Shown here piece after piece: positions 9,536 to 19,724 of a stretch of 64,000 nt of DNA. Numbering within the stretch: position 1 is the first letter of the stretch; each line of letters begins with the position of its first letter. This stretch comes from an uncultured Gammaproteobacteria bacterium (lineage in GTDB: Bacteria; Patescibacteriota; Microgenomatia; Daviesbacterales; UBA10151). The stretch is from positions 1,311-65,310 of the forward strand of contig CAYHYM010000002.1 in the NCBI GenBank assembly GCA_964360965.1, in the 5' to 3' direction. Below the pieces are notes generated by a model, which did not search any database, had not been told where the DNA came from, and was given only the letters and a program-made list of their open reading frames with translations. The translations under genes and the position numbers were made by a program.

Positions 9536-9968
9536 GCTTGCCCCTAACTATCCCACTTACAACATTCCCGTCAGCTTGACCTTTAACCTTCCCCATCACC
9601 TTTCCCCTCACCTTCCCCATATCCTGCAAAGAAGTAGCTCCTATTTCATTTATAGCCTGTTGGACTATATTAGTCAATTCCTCAGTTGAAAGTTGAGCTG
9701 GCAGATATCCTTCTAAAATTTTTAGCTCTTGTTCTTCCTTTAAAGCTTGCTCCTCTCTACCTCCAGACCTAAAACCAGAAGCTGCTTCAGATCTCCTCTT
9801 AGTCTCTTTTTGAATAATAGAAATCACATCCTGATCAGATAATTCCTGTCCTTTGGCAATCTGGACATTATGGATTTCAGATAAAAGCAACCGCAAGGTG
9901 GATATTTTTACTTCCTCACGATCAAACTGCGCCTGTTTTAAATCTTCTTGTATTGTAATCAGTAACAT
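9525..9968 (-). CDS. GatB/YqeY domain protein
   Basis: Typical YqeY sequence with ILEGYLP and GKVMGKVKG motifs. Confidence 0.8.
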   Translation of the reverse strand: MLLITIQEDLKQAQFDREEVKISTLRLLLSEIHNVQIAKGQELSDQDVISIIQKETKRRSEAASGFRSGGREEQALKEEQELKILEGYLPAQLSTEELTNIVQQAINEIGATSLQDMGKVRGKVMGKVKGQADGNVVSGIVRGKLTP

Positions 9969-10165
9969 TAACTACCAAATCTTTTGGCCCGCATAATTTT
10001 TCTTCTTTTTTCCGCTAAATATTCCTGCCGAAGCTGTGAGGGTTTTCTATAAAATTCCCTTTGGCGGATCTCCTGTACCACACCCTCCAAAAGAACCTTC
10101 TTTTGGAACTTTCTAATAACCGAATTAGTATTATCTCTGGGACCAGCTTTTACTATGATGCTCAT
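9968..10165 (-). CDS. rpsU: 30S ribosomal protein S21
   Basis: 65 aa, basic. The IRKFQKK...EIRQREFYRKPS...RRK pattern matches bS21. Confidence 0.85.
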   Translation of the reverse strand: MSIIVKAGPRDNTNSVIRKFQKKVLLEGVVQEIRQREFYRKPSQLRQEYLAEKRRKIMRAKRFGS

Positions 10166-11250
10166 TTTAACTCACCCACCATCTTCTTTAGAAGATCCAA
10201 CGTTCTAGTCTGTCTTAAGGCATGGCGAAGATGCAATCTTGGTTCTTGCGCTTCAAACTGTCTTTTTACCCTCTCATCTGTAATCTTCTCCACTTCTGCC
10301 TGAAGCTCCTCCTCACTCACCTGGATATTTTCCAATCTTGCAACTTCTGCCAACCCCAATTCCATCCGCATATTTTTCTCAGCCTGCGGCTTCCATTCAT
10401 TTTTGAGCTGTTCTAAGGTTTTCCCTTGTCCCTTTAAGTAATCCTCCAAGAGTAACCCCATATCAGCCACTCTTCTCTGCAAGGATACCAGCATTCTGTT
10501 TAACTCATCGCTGATCAACACCTCAGGCAGCTCAACCGCGGTAATTTTTTCCACCTCCTGCAGGATGGCCTCTTCAAAATCAAGTTCGGAATTGAGTTTA
10601 ACATGATCTTCCAAATCTTTCCTGATTTTTAATCTCAGGTCAGCCAAACCTGCTGACCCCATGGCTTTGGCAAAAGTATCATCTGGTCCGGCTGCGCTGG
10701 ATTGCCCGTTTGATGATGGAGTCTGAGATGGCTGGTTTTGTTGAAAATTAATTGATCCGCCGGAACTGCTTCGCGCTTGCGCAGCTCCTGCGCCCACACT
10801 CCATCTTTTATACAAATCATCAATCACCTTAGCAACTTCCTCATCAGTCACGAGTTTGGTGGTAGGTCTTGTTACTTTTATTGTTTTATAATCTCCCACA
10901 GTAACTTGCGGCCTGTTGGTGATAGTGGCTTTATATTGAAGCTGACCACCTTTGGCATAAGAAATCAGTTGGTACTTTGGATAATCAATGGGGATAACAT
11001 CAGTGCCTTTTAAAGCCTCTATTAAAAATGATGGTTGAACGCTTTTTAACACTTCATCCTGAAGTTTAACCCCCAAAGACTGCTCAACCATGCTGCCAGG
11101 GGCAGTACCTTTTCTAAAACCAGGCAATTCCACATCAAGGGATAACTTTGTCAGGACCTCATTCCATTTAGGTTCTAAATCTACCCATGGAACAGTAATG
11201 GTTACTTCAACAATACTCTTTGGTTGTTTAATAATATTTTTCTGAATCAT
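10162..11250 (-). CDS. tig: trigger factor (short form, with a low-complexity insert)
   Basis: N-terminal ribosome-binding signature GFRKGTAP. Insert SSSGGSINFQQNQPSQTPSSNGQSSAAGP is encoded by a GC-rich patch. Confidence 0.75.
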   Translation of the reverse strand: MIQKNIIKQPKSIVEVTITVPWVDLEPKWNEVLTKLSLDVELPGFRKGTAPGSMVEQSLGVKLQDEVLKSVQPSFLIEALKGTDVIPIDYPKYQLISYAKGGQLQYKATITNRPQVTVGDYKTIKVTRPTTKLVTDEEVAKVIDDLYKRWSVGAGAAQARSSSGGSINFQQNQPSQTPSSNGQSSAAGPDDTFAKAMGSAGLADLRLKIRKDLEDHVKLNSELDFEEAILQEVEKITAVELPEVLISDELNRMLVSLQRRVADMGLLLEDYLKGQGKTLEQLKNEWKPQAEKNMRMELGLAEVARLENIQVSEEELQAEVEKITDERVKRQFEAQEPRLHLRHALRQTRTLDLLKKMVGELK

Positions 11251-11325
11251 AGGCTGTTTAACGTTTTTGCGTCACTATTTTCAGGATGACACTTGGTGTC
11301 AATTTAACAGAAATCATCTTTAAAA

Positions 11326-12642
11326 TCAATTAGACTTAATAATATCAATCAATTGTTTTAAATCTTTAAAGTTCGTTTCCTTTTCTGATCTTTTTTTAAC
11401 CTCTAATTTATCTTTGGCTCGCCCTGAGTTTACCTGCAGTGAGCCACTCGGTCCTGAGCTCGTGGCCGAAGGGCTTGTCGAACCTGCCGAATGGGCCGAA
11501 TGGGTCTTTTTAGAAATAACCACTCTGTAGGGAATTCCAATTAAATCAGCATCGGCAAATTTTTCTCCGGCAGATACATCTACTCTGTCATCAAACAAAA
11601 CCTCAATTCCTTCAACTTGCAGTAATTTATAAACCTTTTCCGCCTCCCTCATTACAGATTCTTGATCCAAATCCAATCCCACCAAATGAACCTGATATGG
11701 AGCTACAGACTCCGGCCAAATAATGCCTTTTTCATCATTAAATACTTCCACAATTGCTCCCATGGTTCTTGATATCCCCAAACCATAACAGCCTGCGGAG
11801 ACCAGCTTCTCTTTGCCATCCCGATCAACAAAAGTTAATTTAAAAGTTTTGGCAAACGACTCCTTTAAGGGGAAAATATTACCAACCTCAATAGACCTTT
11901 CCAGCGTTAAATTCCCTCCACATTGAACACATTTTTTATCTTCTGCAATTTCTGCATTTGTGGCAGTTTTACAACTCTCACAGACAAAAACAGTATCTTC
12001 TCCTGAAGGAGTCAGGGTTTGAAATTCCAAAGACAGGTTTGAAAAAGTACCTCCACCTGCTTTAGTCTCCACAACTGGTAGAGTCAATCTTTGAAAAATT
12101 TTCAGATAAGCCTTCCTGACAATTTGGTAATACTCATCCCTATCGCTATCATCTGTATGAAAACTGTACAGATCCTTCATCAAAAATTCTCTTCCACGAA
12201 GTAATCCTGCTTTAGCCCTTGGCTCATTTCTAAATTTGGTTTGAACCTGATAAAGACACAAAGGTAAGTCTCTGTAAGATTTTGCGTATTCTTTTACCAG
12301 AGGATAAATTATCTCTTCGTGGGTTGGTCCCAAAACCAAATCAGAGCCACCTCCTTTTAATTTAAAAAGTACATCAAAAGAGGAAAACCTGCCTGTTTTT
12401 TTCCAAGCATCAGCAGGGTGTAAGGCTGGCATAACCAACTCATGTGCCCCAATATCATTCATTTCCTCTCTGACTATATCAGAAATCTTATCTAAAACTC
12501 TCCAACCTAAGGGTAAATAGGTATAAACTCCAGCCATCTCCTGATGGATAAAGCCAGCTCGAGTTAGTAACTGATGATTGATGGACTCAGCCCCTGAGGG
12601 GGCTTGCTTTAAAGTTTTCGGGAAAAGTTTTGAGTATTTCAT
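11326..12642 (-). CDS. proS: prolyl-tRNA synthetase (compact form lacking the large editing domain)
   Basis: Class II ProRS N-terminus (HQLLTRAGF..., VMPALHPADAWKKTGR). Zinc module CESCK...CVQCGG. C-terminal Ser/Pro-rich tail encoded by a palindromic element. Confidence 0.85.
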   Translation of the reverse strand: MKYSKLFPKTLKQAPSGAESINHQLLTRAGFIHQEMAGVYTYLPLGWRVLDKISDIVREEMNDIGAHELVMPALHPADAWKKTGRFSSFDVLFKLKGGGSDLVLGPTHEEIIYPLVKEYAKSYRDLPLCLYQVQTKFRNEPRAKAGLLRGREFLMKDLYSFHTDDSDRDEYYQIVRKAYLKIFQRLTLPVVETKAGGGTFSNLSLEFQTLTPSGEDTVFVCESCKTATNAEIAEDKKCVQCGGNLTLERSIEVGNIFPLKESFAKTFKLTFVDRDGKEKLVSAGCYGLGISRTMGAIVEVFNDEKGIIWPESVAPYQVHLVGLDLDQESVMREAEKVYKLLQVEGIEVLFDDRVDVSAGEKFADADLIGIPYRVVISKKTHSAHSAGSTSPSATSSGPSGSLQVNSGRAKDKLEVKKRSEKETNFKDLKQLIDIIKSN

Positions 12643-13412
12643 CTTACACGTCTTCCCTCACGTTCGAAATCTCCACTTCCATCATTTTTATCCTCTTTAT
12701 TCCTCTCTTTTTGAACCTCTCTTTGTTCTTTTTTATCAGAATGTTCTTTCTCCTTTTTTGACTTTTCTTTTTCCTCTTTTATCTTCTTTTCTATCTCTTC
12801 TATTTTCTTACGAGCTTCATCAATCTCTTTAGCATCAACTCCTCCTTGAGGAGGTTTAGAAGGGGTTACAGGTTGAGCTGACGGAGTGGGTCTTTGGGTA
12901 GGAACTGGAGTCGCAACCAATGTAGCAGATGGTTCTGGTGGAGAAACAACTTCAGTAATGGGCGGGGTTGTAATTTGGTTTGAAGCCTGTTCTAATCCCT
13001 GATCATATTTTTTTATAGAATCCAAAAGTTGATCTGTTAATTGCTCTTTCCTTACAGGATCTTCCACTTTTGCTAACTCATTTGCTGCTATGTCTGTTTG
13101 GGAAACCAGCTCATTTAAAGTTTTAGAAGCAGATTTACCTTGAGCTATTAATGTAGAAAATTCTTTAAATCTTCTGTCAGATCTGGCTGCGGAAAACCAG
13201 GCGCGGGTTATGGGGTTCAAAGATGCAACTGCATATATTCCATCCTCCAAAATCCTTTTAATTGGGTAAGTCGCATCACCAGGCACGGCATTATTGGAAA
13301 TTAAAGCCAAACTGGATGGTGGAAATAATACTATGGCCAAAATTAGAGTGGCAGTAGAGATAATCTTAACCATAATACTAGTATACACCAGAGAGAATTT
13401 TGGAAAGATCAT
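12639..13412 (-). CDS. hypothetical secreted or membrane-anchored protein with Pro-rich linker and Lys/Glu-rich tail
   Basis: N-terminal hydrophobic helix, PT-rich region, KEKEK tail. Confidence 0.5.
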   Translation of the reverse strand: MIFPKFSLVYTSIMVKIISTATLILAIVLFPPSSLALISNNAVPGDATYPIKRILEDGIYAVASLNPITRAWFSAARSDRRFKEFSTLIAQGKSASKTLNELVSQTDIAANELAKVEDPVRKEQLTDQLLDSIKKYDQGLEQASNQITTPPITEVVSPPEPSATLVATPVPTQRPTPSAQPVTPSKPPQGGVDAKEIDEARKKIEEIEKKIKEEKEKSKKEKEHSDKKEQREVQKERNKEDKNDGSGDFEREGRRVR

Positions 13413-14520
13413 TAAAAGTGACCAGTATCATCAAGGTCAACAGGATGGCAAATCCCACACCATGAACCCATTTTTCAACTTGAGCATGAACCCTTTTGCG
13501 CGTTATGGCCTCAATCAAAAGAAAAAACAGCCTGCCTCCATCAAGAGCCGGAAATGGCAGCAAATTTAACACAGCCAGGTTTAAAGATAACAGGGCCATA
13601 AAATCAAAATAGGAAATAACAGGGTTGTGACTTTTGGTTAAAATGATATTGGCAACATAAGTTATTCCCACAGGCCCTGATACTGTGGAGGAAAGCGGGG
13701 TGAGATTTCTCTCTTGTATAGCTTGTCCCACAAAATTTCCCAAGATTCTTCCTGAATAAGCTATCAAATTAACAGAATGTAAGGGTCCGGATAAAATTTT
13801 TTGCCACATATTTTGATATTCAAGATCAGCAATCTGGATCTGCAAAAGCCCCACTCCCAAAGGCCCTTCTCCTTTGGGCGGCTCTTTTCTGGGGGTTATT
13901 AGCACACTCCGAAAACTTCCCCTTTCACCAGATAAGGTAAGTTTCACCCGCTCTCCTGCCAATTTTTTAATTTTATCCAGCAGGTCCAAACTGCCACTCA
14001 CTGGCTGATCATCAACAGCCATAATCGTTTCTCCTATCTTTATACCGGAAATTTGAGCCGGAGAATCTTTGGATATGCTTTGCACCAATACCTGCGACTC
14101 AACTTTTTGATTTACTCCCACAAACTGATGGTTAAAATAAAGCGGAATTTTAGTTTTAAAACCGGAGAATCCTAAAACAATATAAAGCAATACCCAAGCC
14201 AAAATCAGATTCATTACCACCCCTGCAACCACCACTAATATTCTTTTGCCAACATGCGCTGCTGCAAAAGAGCGTTTGTTCTTGAGGATATCTTTATCTA
14301 CCTCATCCTCTCCCAGCAGGCGTACAAATCCTCCAAAAGGCAGCCAATTTACAGAAACTATTGTTTCCCCAATCTTTTTGCCCCAAGCCCTGGGGGGAAT
14401 ACCAAAACCAAATTCCTCAACTTTAATCCCAAATTTTTTGGCTATTAAAAAATGGCCCAGTTCATGAATAACCACCAAAAATAAAATAGTTAGTATAAAA
14501 ATTATAATGGAAAAAATCAT
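13378..14520 (-). CDS. rseP: site-2 protease RseP (M50 family) with PDZ domain
   Basis: HELGHFLIAKKFG HExxH in TM1. C-terminal LDG motif (PALDGGR). Confidence 0.85.
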   Translation of the reverse strand: MIFSIIIFILTILFLVVIHELGHFLIAKKFGIKVEEFGFGIPPRAWGKKIGETIVSVNWLPFGGFVRLLGEDEVDKDILKNKRSFAAAHVGKRILVVVAGVVMNLILAWVLLYIVLGFSGFKTKIPLYFNHQFVGVNQKVESQVLVQSISKDSPAQISGIKIGETIMAVDDQPVSGSLDLLDKIKKLAGERVKLTLSGERGSFRSVLITPRKEPPKGEGPLGVGLLQIQIADLEYQNMWQKILSGPLHSVNLIAYSGRILGNFVGQAIQERNLTPLSSTVSGPVGITYVANIILTKSHNPVISYFDFMALLSLNLAVLNLLPFPALDGGRLFFLLIEAITRKRVHAQVEKWVHGVGFAILLTLMILVTFNDLSKILSGVY

Positions 14521-15071
14521 ATCTGAGTTAACTCCTTTTCCTTAGCTTCCCCCAACTCTTCCACCTCAAGTATTTCCTTATCAATCAGCTCCTGCAGCAG
14601 TCTTGCGCGCCTGAAATTCTCATCCTCACCAAATTGTCCCTGTCCCACCTGCTGCTGCCAGCCGTGACGGGTATCCTGGCGGATTTGTCTGATCTCCACT
14701 TTCACATTTTCCATTTTTTGATGAAGCAGTTTGATAAACTGCTCTCTTCGCTCCTCAGTCAGCGGTGGATGAGGCAGGCGTATCAGCTGACCGTCGCTGA
14801 CGGGATTTAACCCCAAATTTGATCCTTGAATTGCCTTGATAACATTATCAACCAAAGAGCTATCCCAAACCTGTACTATTAAAAGCGTGGGCTGCGGGGC
14901 TGAAATGGTTGCCACCTCATTAAGTTTCATCCTTCCCCCATAAGCTTCAACTAAGATTCCTTCCACCAGAGACGGATTGGCTCTGCCAGCCCTAATGCCG
15001 GCAATTTCCATCTTAAAATGATGAAGTGCATCCTCTATCTTTTGATTAACATCAGTTAAAACAGGGTCCAT
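14517..15071 (-). CDS. frr: ribosome recycling factor
   Basis: The R..GRANP...V..YG pattern matches RRF. Confidence 0.9.
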   Translation of the reverse strand: MDPVLTDVNQKIEDALHHFKMEIAGIRAGRANPSLVEGILVEAYGGRMKLNEVATISAPQPTLLIVQVWDSSLVDNVIKAIQGSNLGLNPVSDGQLIRLPHPPLTEERREQFIKLLHQKMENVKVEIRQIRQDTRHGWQQQVGQGQFGEDENFRRARLLQELIDKEILEVEELGEAKEKELTQI

Positions 15072-15142
15072 AAATTAACTTAATACTAAAGACTGAATAC
15101 TTAAAACTTTTTATTTTTTAGTCTTTAGTTTTCAGTCTTAAG

Positions 15143-15628
15143 TTATTCCCCTAAAGCTATTCTTTCGAATTTTCCAACTCGGATATTTTCCCCCAATTTT
15201 CCAACTACAGATTTTACCAGCTGATCAACAGTCATCGAATTATCCCTAATATACTCCTGATTAAGTAATTCCTCAACAGATGAAGGTTTCATGGAAGCAA
15301 TTTGTAAGGTAAGCTCATGAGCCAAATTCTTAAAATCATCAGTCCTTGCAACAAAATCCGTTTCACAAAGAAGTTCCACTAAAACTCCCACTTTCCCTCC
15401 ATGGGAATAAACATCTACCACTCCAGCTTTAACTTCTCTTTCAGATTTGGAGATAGCTTTGTCCAATCCTTTCTGTTTTAAGATTTCTAAAGCTTTTTTA
15501 ACTACCTCCTCTGAGTAACCTTTCTTCTTAGCTTCAACCAATTCTCTAGCAGCCTCTAATGCTTTCTTTACATCTGCTATTCCAGCACCTGTTTGTTCTC
15601 GAATTTTTTTTATATCTTTAATATCCAT
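15143..15628 (-). CDS. tsf: elongation factor Ts (short form)
   Basis: MDIKDIKKIREQTGAGIADVKKAL UBA-like N-terminus. Start moved to the internal Met to avoid overlap with rpsB. Confidence 0.85.
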   Translation of the reverse strand: MDIKDIKKIREQTGAGIADVKKALEAARELVEAKKKGYSEEVVKKALEILKQKGLDKAISKSEREVKAGVVDVYSHGGKVGVLVELLCETDFVARTDDFKNLAHELTLQIASMKPSSVEELLNQEYIRDNSMTVDQLVKSVVGKLGENIRVGKFERIALGE

Positions 15629-15641
15629 AGCGAACGAGTCT

Positions 15642-16343
15642 CTACAGCGTGAGCGGTGCGTGGGATTTACCTTCCTGATATGCCCCCACAACTGCCTGTG
15701 TGATTATTTTAATTGATTTGATGGCATCATCATTGCCCGGAATAGGAAAATCCAGCAGGGTTGGATCAGCATTTGAATCTGCAATGGCCACCAATTTAAC
15801 ACCAATTCTGTTAGCCTCATTTACAGCAATTCTGTCTTTTTGGGCATCAATTAAAAATAGGGCATCCGGAATTTTACCTAAATTCTCCACCCCTCCATAA
15901 TCACGCTCCAATTTTAATACCTCTCTATCTATCAGCATCTGCTCTTTTTTGGTAAATTTATTAAGCTCCCCTTTTGATCTTTTCTCTTTTAGCTCTTTTA
16001 ATTTTTTGATATTTTTGGAAACTTCTTCAAAATTGGTCAGAAATCCGCCTATCCAACGATTTGCCATATACGGCGCTGCTACAATTTTGGCCAGCTCTTC
16101 CACCACTGCTTGAGACTGCTTTTTAGTACCCACCAAAAGTAAAACTCCACCTGTTTGGCCCAAATTATATACATAATCACAAGCCTCTTTCAGGTATTTT
16201 TCCGTTAAAGTCAAATCTATTATTTGAACTCCTTCTCTGGCTCCATAAATATATGGACCCATTTTGGGGTTACCGCGGGAAACCCGGTGTCCAAAATGAA
16301 CACCAGCCTCAAGAAGTTGTTTGGCTGTTGGAACTTTAAACAT
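15642..16343 (-). CDS. rpsB: 30S ribosomal protein S2
   Basis: KQLLEAGVHFGHRVSRGNPKM is the canonical S2 N-terminus. Start placed at MFKVPT; the ORF track extends to 16436. Confidence 0.9.
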   Translation of the reverse strand: MFKVPTAKQLLEAGVHFGHRVSRGNPKMGPYIYGAREGVQIIDLTLTEKYLKEACDYVYNLGQTGGVLLLVGTKKQSQAVVEELAKIVAAPYMANRWIGGFLTNFEEVSKNIKKLKELKEKRSKGELNKFTKKEQMLIDREVLKLERDYGGVENLGKIPDALFLIDAQKDRIAVNEANRIGVKLVAIADSNADPTLLDFPIPGNDDAIKSIKIITQAVVGAYQEGKSHAPLTL

Positions 16344-16656
16344 ATCAGTCTCTTGTACCTCCTCAAGGTTTGTGGCCTCAGAGACTTTAACCACCTTGAG
16401 TGTATAATGAGGGGAGTATATCAGGACTAGCCCCAAGAGTCAACGTCTGCCATCTTGAGGGACTCTCCTCATCTGCCTTCTAATCTGTCTATCTTGTTCA
16501 AGAATTGGTACTGGTTCCAACCGAAAGGTGGAAAATCTGGGATGAAATCTGACAAACTTATTCTTTATTAGTCAATGGGGAAATTTAATATACGGCGAAT
16601 TTTATTGCCGATACAGTATCGGAATAAATATAACGAAACAGTATCAACTTGGAAAT

Positions 16657-18378
16657 TCAGCTTCTATCAAAGAATTCTACTTTTGAGGCAGGGTCAGGAC
16701 GTTGATCTAACTTAATACCAGAAAGATAGAGATCAGAGTTAGCAATTAGCTGATTGGCTTCATATGCTAATGCCCGATAGTTGATATGTCCACCAGGTCT
16801 ATATCTTAAGTCAGTAAAATAGAGAGCCTGTTTAGGATTACCATGCATATAAAAATCAACCATTTGGCCAAGTGGCATCACGTTGGCTACAAAGCTAAAG
16901 TCTGCTTTATCTCCATATTCAGTTTGTACTTTATCCATTAAACTATATACTCCCTCATAATACCTCTCCATGTCAGTAGTAAAATCTTCTGCCTGCTCTT
17001 CAAACTGATCAACAGCCACTAAATATAATGGCAAACCAAAGCCTTTACAGAGTACCTGTTCTGCTTTCTGTCTACCCCAGGCTTCACCATAAAGCAGTGG
17101 CATAGGCATAAATCTACCCCAGGCTCTTTGTCTGTTAAAATCTCTTTGCACTCCTAAATCAGCAAACACTTGTAAGGTTATATCAGTAACAGCAGCCATA
17201 TAGGAAGGCTCTCGGTACTTATCATGACCATTAAAAATAATTTGACTAATGCGACGTTTAGTTTCATCACTTCTGGTGGACAACCAGCCGTTGACTACCT
17301 CAGCTGGAAGAGCTGGCCAGAGAGTTTGTACGTACTGCATAGCTACCCTTTCCCCCAAACTTATTTGACCCGGTAACAAATTGATTACCTGCTCTTTTCT
17401 TTGAGGAAAACTACCATAGGCTTTAGCAACTCTGAGCAAATCTTCTTTACCCCCAATAAATGTTTTTAACTGCCTTAAGTTTTCATTAACTGTATTATCT
17501 GCTTCGGTATGTCTAATTAAACTGGGTGATTCAGCTTTAAAGATAAGTAATTTTTCAGTCTCTGCATCAGGAGCCAAAAAGGCTTCTAGTTGATTAGCAT
17601 ATCTCCTGTAAAAGGGCACATGTGAAGCCTGAAGTAGAGAAATTATTCTAGACCAGTCTCTAGAGGAGGTCTCGTAAGAAAAACCAGTGCCCTGGCCAAA
17701 CAGCAAAAAGTATCTGGCAGAGTCCAGTACCCGAGAGTTCAGTGCTCCTTTTTGACTGGCATCTGGCTGATAAAATTCTTCATAGGCAGAAGTTAACTTT
17801 TCCCTGTGTTTAGCAAATAACTCTAATGAGAGTCCTCCCAATCCTTGATATTCTTCTTCAATCTCTGGGTTCATTTCATCTATAGGTAAATAGTTACTCA
17901 GTGGATGAAGTACTGCTCTTCTAAAAGAGGGCTGGTAACGGGTGGATTTTTCCTGACCAGAGATGATGTAACCTTCATGAAACATAGTAAAAGCTAGGTG
18001 CATGGGGGTTAAGTGATGGTCTACCTGAATTCTGGCCATATCTCCTACCGACTTATGTCCATATCCAGCAAACATATCATCAATCTTTTGATCAGGATCC
18101 ACTCCTTTTTCACCCATTTCATGATAAATGTCCCAAGGAGTTCCCGGGGCTCTGGATTGCCTGGCTCCACCCCAAGCTTTATGGGCAGCCGTTCTTTTTT
18201 CAGGATTAGCTAGAGGGGAAGTTACTACAACTCCACTCTGTAGATCTTCCATACAGATCATATCCAATCCTGTCTGATCAGCTGAATACCTAAACCAGCG
18301 ATAACCATTATGAGTTAATTCTTTAATTGGTAATAATTCTTGCTGCTCAGACATGTATTCCTCGTATTCCTTTGGCAA
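16657..18378 (-). CDS. large divergent ThyX-like (flavin-dependent thymidylate synthase family) protein with a degenerate active-site motif
   Basis: GHKSVGDMARIQVDHHLTPMHLAFTMFHEGYIISGQEKSTRY aligns with the ThyX block GHETPFEH...FRHRIASYNELSGRY, with RHR replaced by HEG. The C-terminal VMPLGQMVDFYMHGNPKQALYFTDLRY aligns with ThyX [27 protein letters not shown]. Roughly 330 aa lie between the two blocks. Confidence 0.5.
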   Translation of the reverse strand: MPKEYEEYMSEQQELLPIKELTHNGYRWFRYSADQTGLDMICMEDLQSGVVVTSPLANPEKRTAAHKAWGGARQSRAPGTPWDIYHEMGEKGVDPDQKIDDMFAGYGHKSVGDMARIQVDHHLTPMHLAFTMFHEGYIISGQEKSTRYQPSFRRAVLHPLSNYLPIDEMNPEIEEEYQGLGGLSLELFAKHREKLTSAYEEFYQPDASQKGALNSRVLDSARYFLLFGQGTGFSYETSSRDWSRIISLLQASHVPFYRRYANQLEAFLAPDAETEKLLIFKAESPSLIRHTEADNTVNENLRQLKTFIGGKEDLLRVAKAYGSFPQRKEQVINLLPGQISLGERVAMQYVQTLWPALPAEVVNGWLSTRSDETKRRISQIIFNGHDKYREPSYMAAVTDITLQVFADLGVQRDFNRQRAWGRFMPMPLLYGEAWGRQKAEQVLCKGFGLPLYLVAVDQFEEQAEDFTTDMERYYEGVYSLMDKVQTEYGDKADFSFVANVMPLGQMVDFYMHGNPKQALYFTDLRYRPGGHINYRALAYEANQLIANSDLYLSGIKLDQRPDPASKVEFFDRS

Positions 18379-19006
18379 TTAGCTTTGGTTTTATACAAAG
18401 TATAATCCTTTCATGGACTGATTTTATGTCCTCGGTTCCATCTAATAAAACTGCATTGGGATGTTCTTTAGTATATTCTAAATACCCCTCTCTTAATTTT
18501 TTAGAAAACTCTAATCCCTGATGTTCATATATTAAATCTTGCCCCTGCCGATCTTCATTTGATCTCCTTCTAAAACTTTCTTCTGCCGGAATATCTAGCA
18601 CCACAGAAACATCTGGCTGATACTTGTATCCTACAACTAGCCTACTAAGACTCTGGACAAAATCTGTAGCACCCTGAGTATATCCCTGATAGACATAAGT
18701 TGATGGCTCAAAACGGTCTGTAATAACTGTTACCCCCGATGATAAATTTGGCTCCACTATACTTTTAAGAAACTCTACTCTAGCAGCATAGAAAAGCAAA
18801 GCCTGAGCCTGAGGATCCATCATTTTATCTCTTTTCTTAAGTAAAATCTCTCTAATTTCTTCACCCACTTCTGTTCCACCTGGCTCTCTGGTTTGCACAA
18901 CAGGTAAACCTTTACCCTCCAAATATTCTTTCAATAAACCAGACTGAGTAGTTTTACCAGAGTTATCAATTCCTTCAATAACAATAAATAATCCTTTTTC
19001 AACCAT
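18347..19006 (-). CDS. tmk: thymidylate kinase
   Basis: P-loop IEGIDNSGKTTQ. TREPGGT motif. Confidence 0.85.
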   Translation of the reverse strand: MVEKGLFIVIEGIDNSGKTTQSGLLKEYLEGKGLPVVQTREPGGTEVGEEIREILLKKRDKMMDPQAQALLFYAARVEFLKSIVEPNLSSGVTVITDRFEPSTYVYQGYTQGATDFVQSLSRLVVGYKYQPDVSVVLDIPAEESFRRRSNEDRQGQDLIYEHQGLEFSKKLREGYLEYTKEHPNAVLLDGTEDIKSVHERIILCIKPKLIAKGIRGIHV

Positions 19007-19643
19007 GAAGTACTCCATTTCCATTTATGAAATTTTTCCAATATTCACTCGGTATTGGTCTGGGGTCTTCTGAATACTCATTACTATATCTTTTACTCCC
19101 TAAAGAGGGATCTCCATATAAAACATCCGCCGGAGAAGATAAAATTGAAAACCTCATCTGTCCTACCGGCATATTTGGATAGACAATGATCGGTCTCTCA
19201 GTTAGATTAGTTATTTCCAAAGTGCCGTGTCCCCTAAAACCAGGATCAAAAAATCCAGCTGTAGCATGGACCACAAAGCCAAGTCTGCCTAAGCTGCTTT
19301 TTCCATCTAAATTACCTATCAACTGTGCAGGAAAACCAATCCACTCACGAGTAACTCCTAAGAAAAATTCTCTTGGATGTATAGCATGCCCCCTAACTGG
19401 ATCAATAACTTCATAGTCATAAAAATCTTCTACTGGCTTTTTAAGATCTATAGCCGCCTCTCGTACTCTACCTCTGGAAATAAAGGCCAATGTTCTGGCC
19501 AAGTGTAACTCAAGAGAGGCGGGTTGAATATCTAAAGCACAAGGAGCCTTTATCTCTATAAGTCCTGAATCAATCGCTAGTTTAATATCTGGACGGGATA
19601 AAACTGCACCTGGGTATTTTAGGAAATGTAACTCTTCTACCAT
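18999..19643 (-). CDS. dcd: dCTP deaminase (dUTPase superfamily)
   Basis: Length and beta-rich pattern match Dcd, including the conserved GVID-like VIDP region. Confidence 0.65.
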   Translation of the reverse strand: MVEELHFLKYPGAVLSRPDIKLAIDSGLIEIKAPCALDIQPASLELHLARTLAFISRGRVREAAIDLKKPVEDFYDYEVIDPVRGHAIHPREFFLGVTREWIGFPAQLIGNLDGKSSLGRLGFVVHATAGFFDPGFRGHGTLEITNLTERPIIVYPNMPVGQMRFSILSSPADVLYGDPSLGSKRYSNEYSEDPRPIPSEYWKNFINGNGVLHG

Positions 19644-19724
19644 AAGCTTGTCACACAGCGCTAAATCAATTTATACAAAATGGGGAAATTTTTCAAGTCC
19701 CCAAAATGGGTTTATATCAGTAAA

